Counted from the first letter of the stretch, positions 10,094 to 20,260 are shown. The stretch: DNA of 64,000 nt from an uncultured virus (IMG/VR IMGVR_UViG_3300043108_000047) (IMGVR_UViG_3300043108_000047:1-64000), one strand, 5' to 3'. Notes: a model not told the origin generated them from the letters alone. Numbers and translations are program-made.

Positions 10094-10101
10094 GTATATA
10101 T

Positions 10102-11355
10102 ATGAAACAAACAACATTAAAGAAATATCTGGGTATTTTAAAGAGTGTAAAGAAAAGTGGTAAAACTCTAAAACAATATTGTGATGCACATTCTGATATG
10201 TCTTATAAATCAATAGTGCAAACAATATCTAAAATTAGAGAATTACATGAAGAAGAATCTAAAATAGTTTCAGATATTTTGACACTTTATAGTCAGGTGA
10301 CTAAACAAACACAGACAATTACTAATTGTGAAATTGAAACAGATGCAGTAGCTGAGACATCTTGTGATAGAGATGAGAATGGACATATTCAGAATTATAG
10401 GTATCAAATATTTAGAAAAAACAAAACTCCATTGTGTGGAAGATTGTCCAGAGAAGAAATGGATACTATTTATAGATTGTATTCATATTATGGAGATTCT
10501 TTAACTCAAAGAGTTATTTCTAGATATTTTGTAGAATTATCTCTAATAGACTTTAAGAGAATTCTTCGTGCATTTAATATTACTAAAGCTTCCTCTCCTT
10601 TCGCTCCCCATATGTTTGAAGAAAAATCCGAGGAGGAGCTAAGAGAAATACAGCTTCGTGAAAAGGAAAACAGTTTCCTTAGAAAAGCTGAAGAAGACAA
10701 TATTAGAAATACGGAGAAACTTCTTAAAAAGTATGCTCAAGAAAATATAGAACTGAAAAAGAAAATAGAAAAATATACAGAATTTTCAATTTCAATTCCT
10801 AAAGATTTAGAGCCTTTACATTTTACAGAGAGTTCTCCCTCTACGGGATTGAACTTAAATTTATATTTATCTGATATTCATCTAGGTGCTAAAATAAATA
10901 GTGGAGCATTGTATCAAGAAAATATAAATTATGGGTATAATGAAGCTAAACGTCGTCTAGTTACTATCTTGCATAAATTAGAATGTTTTGAATCATTATT
11001 TGATACCATAAATGTAGTACTTTTAGGAGATAATGTTGATTGTCCTGGATTCTTTGGCAAAACTGCCAGATTAGATCACGATATGCCAGAAAATATGGAT
11101 CCTCGTGAGCAAGCTAATAGTTTTATTAAACTTATTATGTGGTTTGTGGAATCTTTGTATGTTTCCAAAATAGGTTCTAATATAAATATATATTCAGTTC
11201 CATGCGGAAATCATGGAGGAAATTTTGAGTATATGTGCAATAAGGCATTAATGGCAAGTATAAATGCTAAATTTCCAGATGCTAAAACTACTATGTGGGA
11301 AGAATTCTACGGAGTATTTAAACAAAGTGGTCATACCTTTGTCTGTGCCCATGGT
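10102..11355 (+). CDS. calcineurin-like metallophosphoesterase with long N-terminal extension, exon 1
   Basis: SDIHLG, GDNVD, GNHG and CAHG motifs; ATG 10102 preferred over TTG 10057; spliced length 516 aa. Confidence 0.8.
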
Positions 11356-11376
11356 AATTAAAATCTAAAAATTAAT

Positions 11377-11407
11377 TTTGTTTTATAAAACATATTTCGT
11401 ATATTTA
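11377..11407 (+). promoter_or_regulatory. promoter-like element for intron endonuclease
   Basis: TTTG(11377)-N19-TATATTTA(11400). Confidence 0.55.
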
Positions 11408-11436
11408 TATGGAAATAGTAATTAATATATAGAAAT

Positions 11437-12426
11437 ATGAAATTTTATAAAAATTTAAATCTTGATGATCTTATTAACTTACTTTTAAGAGGTGAAAAAA
11501 CTCTTTCAGAAGTAACTAGAAATTATAAAGATACAGAACAAATAATTATAAATAGATTTAAGGAATTAGGATTTTATAAAATAGAAAAAGGAAAGAATAT
11601 AGTTTCCTGTGCTAAATATAAATATGCAGCTGATAAATATGTTGAATTGGGAGGTTTTCCTAATACAAATATTAAAGAATTAGCGTCAGAATTTAAAATT
11701 AGTGCTAATGAACTATCTGACTATATTTCTACTTATTATCCTGATATAAAAATTTTAGGAAAAGCGAATTTTAATGAATATATATTTGATTCAATTGATA
11801 CTGAAGAAAAAGCGTATTGGCTAGGATTTTTATTTGCTGATGGAACTATTAGTTCTTCACCTTTAAGAAAAGAAGTTAAAACTCAATATCAAATTGAATT
11901 ATCTTTATCTATCAAAGACTTGGAACATCTTGAAAAGTTTGCTAAATTTTTAGAATATAAGCAATCTTTATATAAAGATGAAATTAGGTGTAGATTAAGT
12001 GTATATTCTAAACATTTATGGAATATTTTAAATGTTAATGGCTGTACTCCTAAGAAATCATTAACTTTGAAATTTCCTAGAATTGAATTATTTAAATCTA
12101 AAGAATTGATATATCATTTTATTAGAGGATATTGGGATGGGGACGGCTGTTTAACTTGGAATGATAAAGAGCATACTCGCCCAGAAGTTTCTGTCTTAGG
12201 AACAGATGAAATATTAAATTCTATTATTAAATTTATTTGTTCTAAAACACCTACTTTACATATTAATCACCCAGAACAACAAAGTATTATTAAATATTTT
12301 AATTTAACTGGAAAGGACGCCTATGAAAGTATGTGCAAACTTTATAAAAATTCTACAATATATTTATCGAGAAAATATGAAAAATTTTTAGAATATTGCC
12401 GTCTATATGAGGAATCATATAGATAA
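11437..12426 (+). CDS. double-motif LAGLIDADG homing endonuclease
   Basis: AYWLGFLFADGT and HFIRGYWDGDGC; N-terminal HTH-like segments. Confidence 0.92.
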   Translation: MKFYKNLNLDDLINLLLRGEKTLSEVTRNYKDTEQIIINRFKELGFYKIEKGKNIVSCAKYKYAADKYVELGGFPNTNIKELASEFKISANELSDYISTYYPDIKILGKANFNEYIFDSIDTEEKAYWLGFLFADGTISSSPLRKEVKTQYQIELSLSIKDLEHLEKFAKFLEYKQSLYKDEIRCRLSVYSKHLWNILNVNGCTPKKSLTLKFPRIELFKSKELIYHFIRGYWDGDGCLTWNDKEHTRPEVSVLGTDEILNSIIKFICSKTPTLHINHPEQQSIIKYFNLTGKDAYESMCKLYKNSTIYLSRKYEKFLEYCRLYEESYR

Positions 12427-12653
12427 TTAGAAACCAAAATCGGGGAATACTGAGATGTTAATCCCGAGGTAATTACAGAAATTAAAAAGTCTGTAACACC
12501 GTAACGCGTAGGACTTGAAACTTGTAAAAGAATAAAATAGTCCCAAGAGTGGTTTCCATCCCAACTGAAATAAGTGGATGAAAAGGTACGCTGAGCTATA
12601 GTGAATAGGAAACTATAGAAGTCAAGATAAAAAACTTGGCGATAACATAACTG

Positions 12654-12950
12654 AAAGACGACCAGTTCTGTAAAAAGGGACTTCCTCTCAACTTAGATGA
12701 AAAGTCTAAGGTATTGTTATATGAATGGCTAGATTCTAGAGGGATTACAGGTGATAATATTCATATTGTTAAAGGTGATTTGCATTCTAATAATATGAAT
12801 TCTTGCAAGAAATTTACTTATCGTAATGTGTTAAGTTTATTTGGAGCATCTGATTATTCAAATTATAATTTCTCTAGAAATTCTTATGGACTTTCTTATG
12901 ATTTGATAATTAATGATAATTTAATTAGTGGAACTTTTGAAAATATTTAA
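12654..12950 (+). CDS. metallophosphoesterase, exon 2
   Basis: KDDQFCKKGLPLNL...IVKGDLH (motif V); in frame with track ORF 12714..12950. Confidence 0.8.
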   Translation, partial: KDDQFCKKGLPLNLDEKSKVLLYEWLDSRGITGDNIHIVKGDLHSNNMNSCKKFTYRNVLSLFGASDYSNYNFSRNSYGLSYDLIINDNLISGTFENI

Positions 12951-12952
12951 AA

Positions 12953-13430
12953 ATGGATAAAGAAGAATTAATTAGTAGATATTGCGAGGATTATGATAAG
13001 GTACTCAATTATGTTGATAGTTTATCTGATTTACAATTAGATTATATTTCAAATAAATGTTGGGGGAGAAATTCCTGATAATTTCGAAGATTTCACAAAT
13101 TTTATAATTAGAGAAGTAAGTGGTGATGTATTATATTTTGCTTTTGAATATTTCTTTAAGGATAATAGTGGCCCTGTATGGGATATTCTAGAAGAAAGAG
13201 GAGTTTTTTATGAATATCCTGGTCGAGATTTTGTAGAAGATTTGTATAAAGCTAACACTTATAAAGTATCACTTGACTCCCTTATATCTTATATAAATGA
13301 GCTTCTTGAATATTATAAAGAAGATTTGGAGAAACTAGTAAAAGGTCCGATTTGTTCTTATTATTATACTAAATATCTATTAGCAGATCATCTTAATCAA
13401 ACTAATGATTTTAAATTTATTGTAGAATGA
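12953..13430 (+). pseudogene. frameshifted hypothetical gene (extra G in G5 run 13062-13066), paralog of next ORF
   Basis: Removing one G fuses MDKEELISRY...KCW with GEIPDNF...DFKFIVE (158 aa); may be an assembly error. Confidence 0.65.
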
Positions 13431-13867
13431 CTCATATTGAAGCTTTTGAAGACTTATTAAATTCATATTATCCAGATTATAGAAATATTCAAAGATTTGT
13501 TAATAACTTATCTTCTGCAGAACTGGATTTAATTGAAAAACATTTTGAATTTAGACAATTACCCTACACTTATGATTTACGTAAATGGTTAATAGGATTA
13601 GTTGGGTGTGAATATTTGCCTATTATAATGGCTCAATTATATGATATAGATTCTTTTGAATTTACTAATTCTGATATTTCGGAATATAATATTATAAGAT
13701 ATGATTATGAGCTTAATAGTTATATAGTACAACTAAATAATTTATTTTCTTATTTAAGTAATGTTAAACATATGGAACAGCCTTCAGATATTATTGATAA
13801 ATCTTACTTAACTAGGTTGTTAAATATAAGTACTCCTTTAAAATGGTTTGTTTATTATAATTATTAA
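13427..13867 (+). CDS. hypothetical protein
   Basis: 146-aa ORF similar to the reconstructed 12953..13430 product. Confidence 0.75.
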   Translation: MTHIEAFEDLLNSYYPDYRNIQRFVNNLSSAELDLIEKHFEFRQLPYTYDLRKWLIGLVGCEYLPIIMAQLYDIDSFEFTNSDISEYNIIRYDYELNSYIVQLNNLFSYLSNVKHMEQPSDIIDKSYLTRLLNISTPLKWFVYYNY

Positions 13868-13868
13868 A

Positions 13869-13991
13869 ATGCAGATATTAAAAATATTTAGAAATACTTT
13901 ACAAATAATGTTATTGGGAATAATCATAGGCATGATACTGTCTCTTCCTATTATGGCATTAATAATGAAAGTACCAATTTGTACAATATAA
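13869..13991 (+). CDS. small membrane protein (40 aa)
   Basis: MQILKIFRNTLQIMLLGIIIGMILSLPIMALIMKVPICTI*; fills the gap exactly. Confidence 0.6.
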   Translation: MQILKIFRNTLQIMLLGIIIGMILSLPIMALIMKVPICTI

Positions 13992-15356
13992 ATGAAAAAT
14001 ATAATACTAGGAGAAGATCAAGAAAAAGCTTTTAATATGGTTAAAGACTTTGTTAATGATCATAAAGATATAGCTTGTTTATATTATGGTAGTGCTGGTA
14101 CAGGTAAAAGTATATTAGTAAATTATATTATTAAGTGGTGTGAACAACAAGATATTGAATATACATTATGTGCGCCAACGCATAAGGCAGCGTTGGTTAT
14201 CTCTAGATACACAAATAGAGAAGCAATTACACTACATAAATTACTCGCGCTTTCTCCTAATCTTGACATTTTTATGTTGGATTTTCGCAATCTTATGTTT
14301 AAATGCGGCAATACTAATGGAAGTATGCCTTACAAGGGTGTTATAATTTGTGATGAATCTTCAATGATAAATGATGATTTATATGAAGTTTTATTAACTA
14401 AAGCGCAAGAATTTAAATCTCAGATTATCTTTACGGGAGATTTTTGTCAACTTCAACCTGTAAAACAAGATTCTTTAACTAAAATTATTCATACTAAACC
14501 TAGTATTGAATTACAAAAAATATATAGACAATCGGACAAGAGTGGACTTCTCGATGTATTACAGACTCTCAGAAAGCATTCCATACTACGTTTCGATAAT
14601 TCTATAGGTGAAGATGGAAGTCTTCTTGTAACGTCTAATATGTCTGAATTTTTAAAAGAAGCAAAAATTGAGATTGAGAAAGCTTTAAAGGAGTCAGATG
14701 TGCTAAAAACTAAAATTTTATGTTATACTAATGAAAGAGTGCAGGCGTATAATGCAGGCTTTCATAAGGCATTATTTGGAGAAGATTGTCAGTATCATAA
14801 AAATGAATTTCTTATAGGTTGTGAAAATCTAGAGTTTAATAATTTTAAGTTCTATAATTCTATGGATTATGTTATTATAAATGAGCCAGAGAAAATAGAC
14901 TTAGGCATTCCTAACTTTGGAATATTGCCAGCTATTAGATTAGAACTTTATGATTCTCTAACTAAAAGTAGTGGAAATATTGCTATGTTGTCAAAAGATA
15001 TTTCTAAAGATTATTTAGATATGTTAGCATACAAAATCGAGGAATTTAGGCAAAGTGCAATTTCAAGTAAACAAGCCGGGAATAAAGCTCAGGCAAATAA
15101 ATATTGGAGAAGATATTTTGAAATGGTCGAAAGTTTTACTACTCCAATAGATTTATACGTTGACGGCCGATTGATTAGAAAGAAATCTTTTGACTATAGC
15201 TATGCTATAAGCACACATAAAGCTCAAGGTAGTACTTATGACAGTGTATTTGTCGATATTCGTAATATAAACAGTTGTAGAGATGAAGCGGTAAGAAGGC
15301 AACTCCAATATGTAGCTTTATCTAGAACTAAAAAGAATGTTCTAATTTATCAGTAG
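13992..15356 (+). CDS. dda: Dda/RecD-like SF1B DNA helicase
   Basis: GSAGTGKS, APTHKAA, DESSM, GDFCQL, YAISTHKAQGSTY, YVALSR. Confidence 0.88.
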   Translation: MKNIILGEDQEKAFNMVKDFVNDHKDIACLYYGSAGTGKSILVNYIIKWCEQQDIEYTLCAPTHKAALVISRYTNREAITLHKLLALSPNLDIFMLDFRNLMFKCGNTNGSMPYKGVIICDESSMINDDLYEVLLTKAQEFKSQIIFTGDFCQLQPVKQDSLTKIIHTKPSIELQKIYRQSDKSGLLDVLQTLRKHSILRFDNSIGEDGSLLVTSNMSEFLKEAKIEIEKALKESDVLKTKILCYTNERVQAYNAGFHKALFGEDCQYHKNEFLIGCENLEFNNFKFYNSMDYVIINEPEKIDLGIPNFGILPAIRLELYDSLTKSSGNIAMLSKDISKDYLDMLAYKIEEFRQSAISSKQAGNKAQANKYWRRYFEMVESFTTPIDLYVDGRLIRKKSFDYSYAISTHKAQGSTYDSVFVDIRNINSCRDEAVRRQLQYVALSRTKKNVLIYQ

Positions 15357-15358
15357 TT

Positions 15359-15750
15359 ATGAATGATAAAAAACTTATTAAATTTTGCAAATCTAGGGAT
15401 ATCCTGAATTTGTAGCTGATATTATAAAGTATTATAATATCGAAAACTACAAGCAAGCTGATATACATGTAGAAAAAAAAATAAATTTTCATCGCTGGAA
15501 AGTCATTATTAATTTAAAGACCTACATAGTCGTTGATGAAGTTGTTTGGGAAACAATATGGATGGAAGGCATAGAGCAAATAAGAGAGCAAGCAGCAAAA
15601 GAAATTCCCGATAAATTCTTTGCTTATATAAATTGGGATGATTATTTGGCAGACAATAATCTACCCGATTTATCCGATGTGTATGATTTTGACACAGATG
15701 ATATTTCTGAAAGCTATAGAGGACGTTATTTTGTGAAACTCTTACCATAA
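15359..15750 (+). pseudogene. frameshifted member of acidic paralog family (missing G in G3 run 15396-15398)
   Basis: Adding one G gives MNDKKLIKFCKSRGYPEFVADII..., similar to VLNWCDEHGYNKFVAALI of 16070..16498, and continues into track ORF 15562..15750. Confidence 0.65.
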
Positions 15751-15761
15751 TCTTAAAAGAT

Positions 15762-16073
15762 ATGATACAGACAGTAGAAACTATTATTAAAAAGCTTACT
15801 AAGAATCCTACTAAATATTGGACAAGAGTTAGAAATGTAGCCTCGAATTCTAAATGCGTTGAATTTAATTATCCTATTCATGTAAAAATAACTTTAGAAA
15901 GGATGCCGATAGATGATTTTATTTTAATTATTGAACCGGAGCACCTTCAATCTATGAATATGATTATTCTTAAAGAAGATGGTTTACGTATAAAACTCTT
16001 GATTAATGAATTAGAAGAAGCTTGTGTCCAAGGAACTAGAGAATATTTAACTAATATAATACTTAGCTTATGA
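15762..16073 (+). CDS. hypothetical protein
   Basis: 103-aa ORF in operon. Confidence 0.7.
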   Translation: MIQTVETIIKKLTKNPTKYWTRVRNVASNSKCVEFNYPIHVKITLERMPIDDFILIIEPEHLQSMNMIILKEDGLRIKLLINELEEACVQGTREYLTNIILSL

Positions 16074-16498
16074 TTGGTGAACTTATTGATTTAGAAGCAG
16101 AAAAGAAGCATAATAAAGAAGTTCTTAATTGGTGCGATGAACACGGTTATAATAAATTTGTAGCTGCGTTAATTTTAGCTTATGATTTTGATTATACTAA
16201 AAATGATAATTTTAAAATTCTAAAATCAACTAAAAGTTTAGCGGAAATTAAATATGATAATCATATTTATAAAGTATTTGATAATGATGAGCTTGATAAT
16301 ATGATAACTTCGTATCAAAGAGAAACTGAAAAGAATTGGCTGGTGCGAATTCCTGTAGAAATGCATTCTTATATTGATTGGGATGATTATTGGGATACTC
16401 ATTATCCAGATATTTATGAATTCTGTGCTGTTTATGTAGCAGTTGATGAGGATTTCTACGAAACTTTGTATATTAAAAATATTGATAATGATCGTTGA
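16070..16498 (+). CDS. acidic hypothetical protein (paralog family, ArdA-like motif)
   Basis: IPVEMHSYIDWDDYWD motif. Confidence 0.7.
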   Translation: MIGELIDLEAEKKHNKEVLNWCDEHGYNKFVAALILAYDFDYTKNDNFKILKSTKSLAEIKYDNHIYKVFDNDELDNMITSYQRETEKNWLVRIPVEMHSYIDWDDYWDTHYPDIYEFCAVYVAVDEDFYETLYIKNIDNDR

Positions 16499-16919
16499 TT
16501 GTATTGGAAGTAATGAAAAAGTCATTAAAGAATGGGTTTCAAAACATAATTTTCTAATGTCTGAAAAAATTATTGCAGTACTTTTATTTATTAGTGCTGA
16601 TATTGAGGATCTTAATGCTTATGATATTTCAGAATCTTTATTAACAAATTTAATTACTGTTAAGGATCATTTCTTTATTCGCAGTTATCGAGTACTAGAT
16701 GAGCAAGAAGCTAAAAGTGCTGTTTATAATTATCAAAGTGAATTTGAAAATACTTGTACAGTACAAATCACTCCAGATTTTCTTTCTAATTATATAACTG
16801 TAAATTGGGGAGATTTTTGGAAGGATGCGGATTTTGGACAATTAGAAGATGTTTTAGATGGGTTTTATAGAGTAATTGTTGATTGCCAGAATTATTATAT
16901 ACTTCCCCGTAATGGATAA
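16488..16919 (+). CDS. acidic hypothetical protein (paralog family)
   Basis: ATG 16488; EKIIAVLLFISADIEDL...SNYITVNWGDFWKD; close to 17889..18314. Confidence 0.7.
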   Translation: MIVDCIGSNEKVIKEWVSKHNFLMSEKIIAVLLFISADIEDLNAYDISESLLTNLITVKDHFFIRSYRVLDEQEAKSAVYNYQSEFENTCTVQITPDFLSNYITVNWGDFWKDADFGQLEDVLDGFYRVIVDCQNYYILPRNG

Positions 16920-17016
16920 GAAAATTGATAATATAACTAATTCTATTTTATTAAAATGGTTAAAAGAAATCTTTTTAGAAATGGGTTTAAAAAGAGGCCC
17001 ACGAATAAAATATTAA
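16912..17016 (+). CDS. small hypothetical protein (34 aa)
   Basis: MDKKIDNITNSILLKWLKEIFLEMGLKRGPRIKY*; fills gap. Confidence 0.45.
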   Translation: MDKKIDNITNSILLKWLKEIFLEMGLKRGPRIKY

Positions 17017-17024
17017 ATTAAAAA

Positions 17025-17645
17025 ATGGAAACAAGATATATTTCACTAACTCTTGAGAAGGCTAAAGAGTGGTATAATAGTGGTAATGCAACACTCAAGG
17101 AGGTAGCATTACGAGCCTTTAATAAACAAGAGCTTATAACAAAAGACTGGAAAAATATCAAAACCTTTGAAGATGCTTGCAATACCTTGAATGTTGATAG
17201 TTCATTTTTGTTAGGTGGTGCAATATCTAAGTATTGTTTCAGAAAGCATCTTTCAGCTCTCTACAAGCTTGACATCATTAGACAAGCATTAAATAAAGGC
17301 TATAAACCTTCATTGATTGATGATAAAATTTATTACCCTTGGGTTAGGTTATGTAAGGACTACGACGATATCCAGGATGTAATAAAAAATAGTGACTTGG
17401 AGATCTGTGGCAAGGTTAAGCTTGAGGGCACTTCTTACTATTTAGTTGGGGGTGATTATATTGTAAGTTCGGTAGGTTTAGGTAGTTTTTATGGCAGATT
17501 TGGTGCTATAGATGCTAATTTAGGGTTACTAAGGTGTGAATCACTAGAGATAGCAAAGCATATAGGTAGGTATTTCGCTAAGGAAATCTTTGACGCTGTA
17601 TATGGACAATATGATAATTATGAATGGATAGAAAATGGACGATAG
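17025..17645 (+). CDS. hypothetical phage protein (IKTFEDAC motif)
   Basis: 206-aa ORF; ends in TAG with a backup TAA 7 codons later. Confidence 0.75.
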   Translation: METRYISLTLEKAKEWYNSGNATLKEVALRAFNKQELITKDWKNIKTFEDACNTLNVDSSFLLGGAISKYCFRKHLSALYKLDIIRQALNKGYKPSLIDDKIYYPWVRLCKDYDDIQDVIKNSDLEICGKVKLEGTSYYLVGGDYIVSSVGLGSFYGRFGAIDANLGLLRCESLEIAKHIGRYFAKEIFDAVYGQYDNYEWIENGR

Positions 17646-17892
17646 ATTAAAAAAACTTTTAATTAAAGATGGTCAATGCCAACTTTTAATTAAAGAATTA
17701 GAATGGTTACTAGACCATCCTGATTTTTGGGATCCAGATATTAAGGAAGAATATAAACATTCTATGTTATATCTTGCCGAATATGATAAAAAAGACTGGA
17801 CTAGATATTTAAAAAGACGTTTAAATTTCTATGAAAAAGAATTAGAAAATATTAATGATCAAATGAACAAATTTAAATATTTTGAAAAATGA
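17635..17892 (+). CDS. hypothetical protein
   Basis: 85-aa overlapping ORF. Confidence 0.7.
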   Translation: MDDRLKKLLIKDGQCQLLIKELEWLLDHPDFWDPDIKEEYKHSMLYLAEYDKKDWTRYLKRRLNFYEKELENINDQMNKFKYFEK

Positions 17893-18314
17893 TTACAGAC
17901 TATTTTGTTGATGAGACCGTAGCTAAAATTTATAAAGATTTTGCTAAAAAGCAAGAATTTGAGAAGCCCAATAAAGTAGTAGCTGCTTTGTTATTTATAG
18001 AAGCAGATACTGAAAATCTTGACGCTTTAAAAGTTACAGAGGAAATTCTTCCTAATATGGTAACTATAAATGACGGGCACTTAACTAGAAGCTTTCAAGT
18101 TCTTGATAGTAAAGATGCTGATGAAGTAGTATTTAACTGTATTCAGCAACTTAAAGAAGAGTATGAAGAGGCTATAGAACCTGCTAGTTTAAGACCTTAT
18201 ATTAAGGTTGATTGGGCTAGCTATTTTAGTGACTTTGAACTGGATCATGTTCTTGATGGTTCTTATCATTTAAATATAGATTATAAACATTTCTATTTAA
18301 CACCTTTGGATTAA
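17889..18314 (+). CDS. acidic hypothetical protein (paralog family)
   Basis: NKVVAALLFIEADTENL...SLRPYIKVDWASYFSD...LDHVLDG. Confidence 0.72.
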   Translation: MITDYFVDETVAKIYKDFAKKQEFEKPNKVVAALLFIEADTENLDALKVTEEILPNMVTINDGHLTRSFQVLDSKDADEVVFNCIQQLKEEYEEAIEPASLRPYIKVDWASYFSDFELDHVLDGSYHLNIDYKHFYLTPLD

Positions 18315-18315
18315 A

Positions 18316-18603
18316 ATGTTAAACATAACTATAGTAGTCAATAATTCTAAAGAATCTAAAAAGTTTACAGATGCTATCATACCTGTAAATAAAGAAAAGG
18401 AGTCTATTTATTTCACTATTTTAAATACGGAATATCACTCGGATAAAAACCGTGCTTATAAATTAAAAAGTGAATATGGTGCTAGATTAAATCCATTTAT
18501 TCTAGTTATGAAAGATGGGAATTTAAATAAACTCTTTTACAAAGAAGCTTGCGAAGACCCTATAGAAGATTTAATTAATTACTTAAAGGATGCGAGAACT
18601 TAA
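18316..18603 (+). CDS. thioredoxin-fold-like protein lacking CxxC
   Basis: AYKLKSEYGARLNPFILVMKDG; paralog of 24347..24604. Confidence 0.55.
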   Translation: MLNITIVVNNSKESKKFTDAIIPVNKEKESIYFTILNTEYHSDKNRAYKLKSEYGARLNPFILVMKDGNLNKLFYKEACEDPIEDLINYLKDART

Positions 18604-18982
18604 ATTTACGGATTTAATAGCAATATCTAATTTAATACCTCTTAATAATTTATGGCATTGTAATTCCATAGAATTAGCTGAGAAGGGTTTGTCTACAGAA
18701 CAAATCTATAATATTCAGCATAGCTCTTGTGGTTATATAGTTATATGGAAAGATGATGGTTTTAGATTTGAAGGTTGGTGTGCTATCTTTGCTGAAGGTG
18801 TATCTCTTTACATAGATGCCGGAAGTGAATGGTATAGAACTTCTAATATAGAGTCTATTAATTGGAATTCTGAGTATTTTACTACTCAGAATTCTAAATA
18901 TTACTTTAAATTGGATAATTGTTTGCATATTGACTTAGATGAATGGGCTAAAGCCTCAATCGAAGTGCAAAATGACTTATGA
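18590..18982 (+). CDS. hypothetical protein
   Basis: 130-aa ORF. Confidence 0.7.
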   Translation: MRELKFTDLIAISNLIPLNNLWHCNSIELAEKGLSTEQIYNIQHSSCGYIVIWKDDGFRFEGWCAIFAEGVSLYIDAGSEWYRTSNIESINWNSEYFTTQNSKYYFKLDNCLHIDLDEWAKASIEVQNDL

Positions 18983-19069
18983 AGAACTTGAAGAGCAATT
19001 CTGTAAAGAGTTGCAAAAAGTAAAACCTAAATGGAAAATAACTTCAGAAATATTAAAGGAGCTATAACC

Positions 19070-19312
19070 ATGTTTGCTGTGAATAAAAAGTGGATTAGAA
19101 ATCATATATACGGTAACGTAGATATTTTTGAACAGGAAAAAGGTGAGGAATGGCAAAGTGGTATTTTCTGGGCAGGTGATGCACAACATTATTCATTACT
19201 GTATATTAGTGATTATTACAATCCATTAAGAGATGTGATTGATTATTACAGAAATAATCATGAAGCATCTAAAACTACAGAAATTTCTAATTTAAATGTT
19301 GGTTTTCTATGA
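19070..19312 (+). CDS. hypothetical protein
   Basis: Likely start MFAVNKK, following a 31-aa ORF at 18972-19067; in frame with track ORF 19031..19312. Confidence 0.6.
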   Translation: MFAVNKKWIRNHIYGNVDIFEQEKGEEWQSGIFWAGDAQHYSLLYISDYYNPLRDVIDYYRNNHEASKTTEISNLNVGFL

Positions 19313-19581
19313 TTAATTTTAAGAGTTTAAATGGTGTAGAAGTTGTGTATGATGCACAGTATACACAAACTAAAAATATTGGTGAAGTGCTTGAATGTAC
19401 TCAAGAACCGTATTTTATAGATGAAGACTTCTTTGAAGAGCGTGTTGATGATTACGAAGAAAACTACGCTCCATTAGTTGGTTTAGCTTGTGATGTAAGT
19501 GATAAATATACAACTGTTTATGTTGCTTCAGATGCGGAATCGTTAGTTTATGATATAATTAATTATTATAGAAATAAATGA
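19309..19581 (+). CDS. acidic hypothetical protein
   Basis: 90 aa; C-terminus DIINYYRNK resembles DVIDYYRNN of the previous ORF. Confidence 0.7.
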   Translation: MINFKSLNGVEVVYDAQYTQTKNIGEVLECTQEPYFIDEDFFEERVDDYEENYAPLVGLACDVSDKYTTVYVASDAESLVYDIINYYRNK

Positions 19582-19826
19582 TTTTAATAAAAATATGCGG
19601 AATCTGTTTAGTAATATATACTCTTTATTGTATGCTAAATACTGCTAATATGACATTAGAGGATTTTATGGAATTTAAAAGTAAAGACGAGGATGCAGAA
19701 TATTTGCTTAAATTTCTAAAAGATAATCCTAAAATAGCGCAATCTTATGTTATATTAGTTAAAGTAGGAATACTAGTATTATTATGTATTCCCTTTATGT
19801 GTGGAATTTATGCTTGGCTTTACTAA
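19578..19826 (+). CDS. two-TM membrane protein
   Basis: Hydrophobic N- and C-terminal segments. Confidence 0.65.
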   Translation: MILIKICGICLVIYTLYCMLNTANMTLEDFMEFKSKDEDAEYLLKFLKDNPKIAQSYVILVKVGILVLLCIPFMCGIYAWLY

Positions 19827-19849
19827 AATATTTTTAAAAATAATAAATT

Positions 19850-20065
19850 ATGACATTATACACAGTTCAAATTATATTTCAAGGGGATTGGACTCCTCTT
19901 CTTGTTACTACAGATAAAGAACTCGCTGAGAAAGAAATAGAACAAGTAAATAAAAATTATCTTAGTAATTCTGCAGATAAACCAATTATAGATATTTTTG
20001 AAAGAGAAGCAGAAGACGATACAACAGTTTTTTATAATTATGATTGGTATTGTGAAGATATTTAA
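19850..20065 (+). CDS. hypothetical protein
   Basis: 71-aa ORF. Confidence 0.65.
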   Translation: MTLYTVQIIFQGDWTPLLVTTDKELAEKEIEQVNKNYLSNSADKPIIDIFEREAEDDTTVFYNYDWYCEDI

Positions 20066-20092
20066 TTCAATAATAAATAAATTTTAGTAATT

Positions 20093-20260
20093 ATGAAAGA
20101 AACAAAATCTAACGAGAAGTATTGGTTTAAAAATTATAAACCCAACAAGAATGCTAAAGCTGTTACTTATAAAGGGACAGAGTACCTTTCCAAAGCACAA
20201 TGTATGGCTCTTGAAGGAATAACCAGAAAAGAATTGGACGAGTATCTTAAAAATGCGTAA
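20093..20260 (+). CDS. small basic protein, NUMOD1/HTH-like (55 aa)
   Basis: MKETKSNEKYWFKNYKPNKNAKAVTYKGTEYLSKAQCMALEGITRKELDEYLKNA*. Confidence 0.6.
   Translation: MKETKSNEKYWFKNYKPNKNAKAVTYKGTEYLSKAQCMALEGITRKELDEYLKNA

Larger units (their letters stand above)
11356..12653 (+). mobile_element. group I intron with LAGLIDADG endonuclease in P1 loop
   Basis: ATGGT|AA pairs with TTGCCGT (12396-12402); Q aatcccgagg, P7 GCGTA/TACGC; terminal G at 12653; splicing restores HG|KDDQ. Confidence 0.88.

Noticed and set aside
10057..10101. TTG start at 10057 for the phosphoesterase
   Set aside because: The extension runs through the terminator hairpin; ATG 10102 is more plausible.
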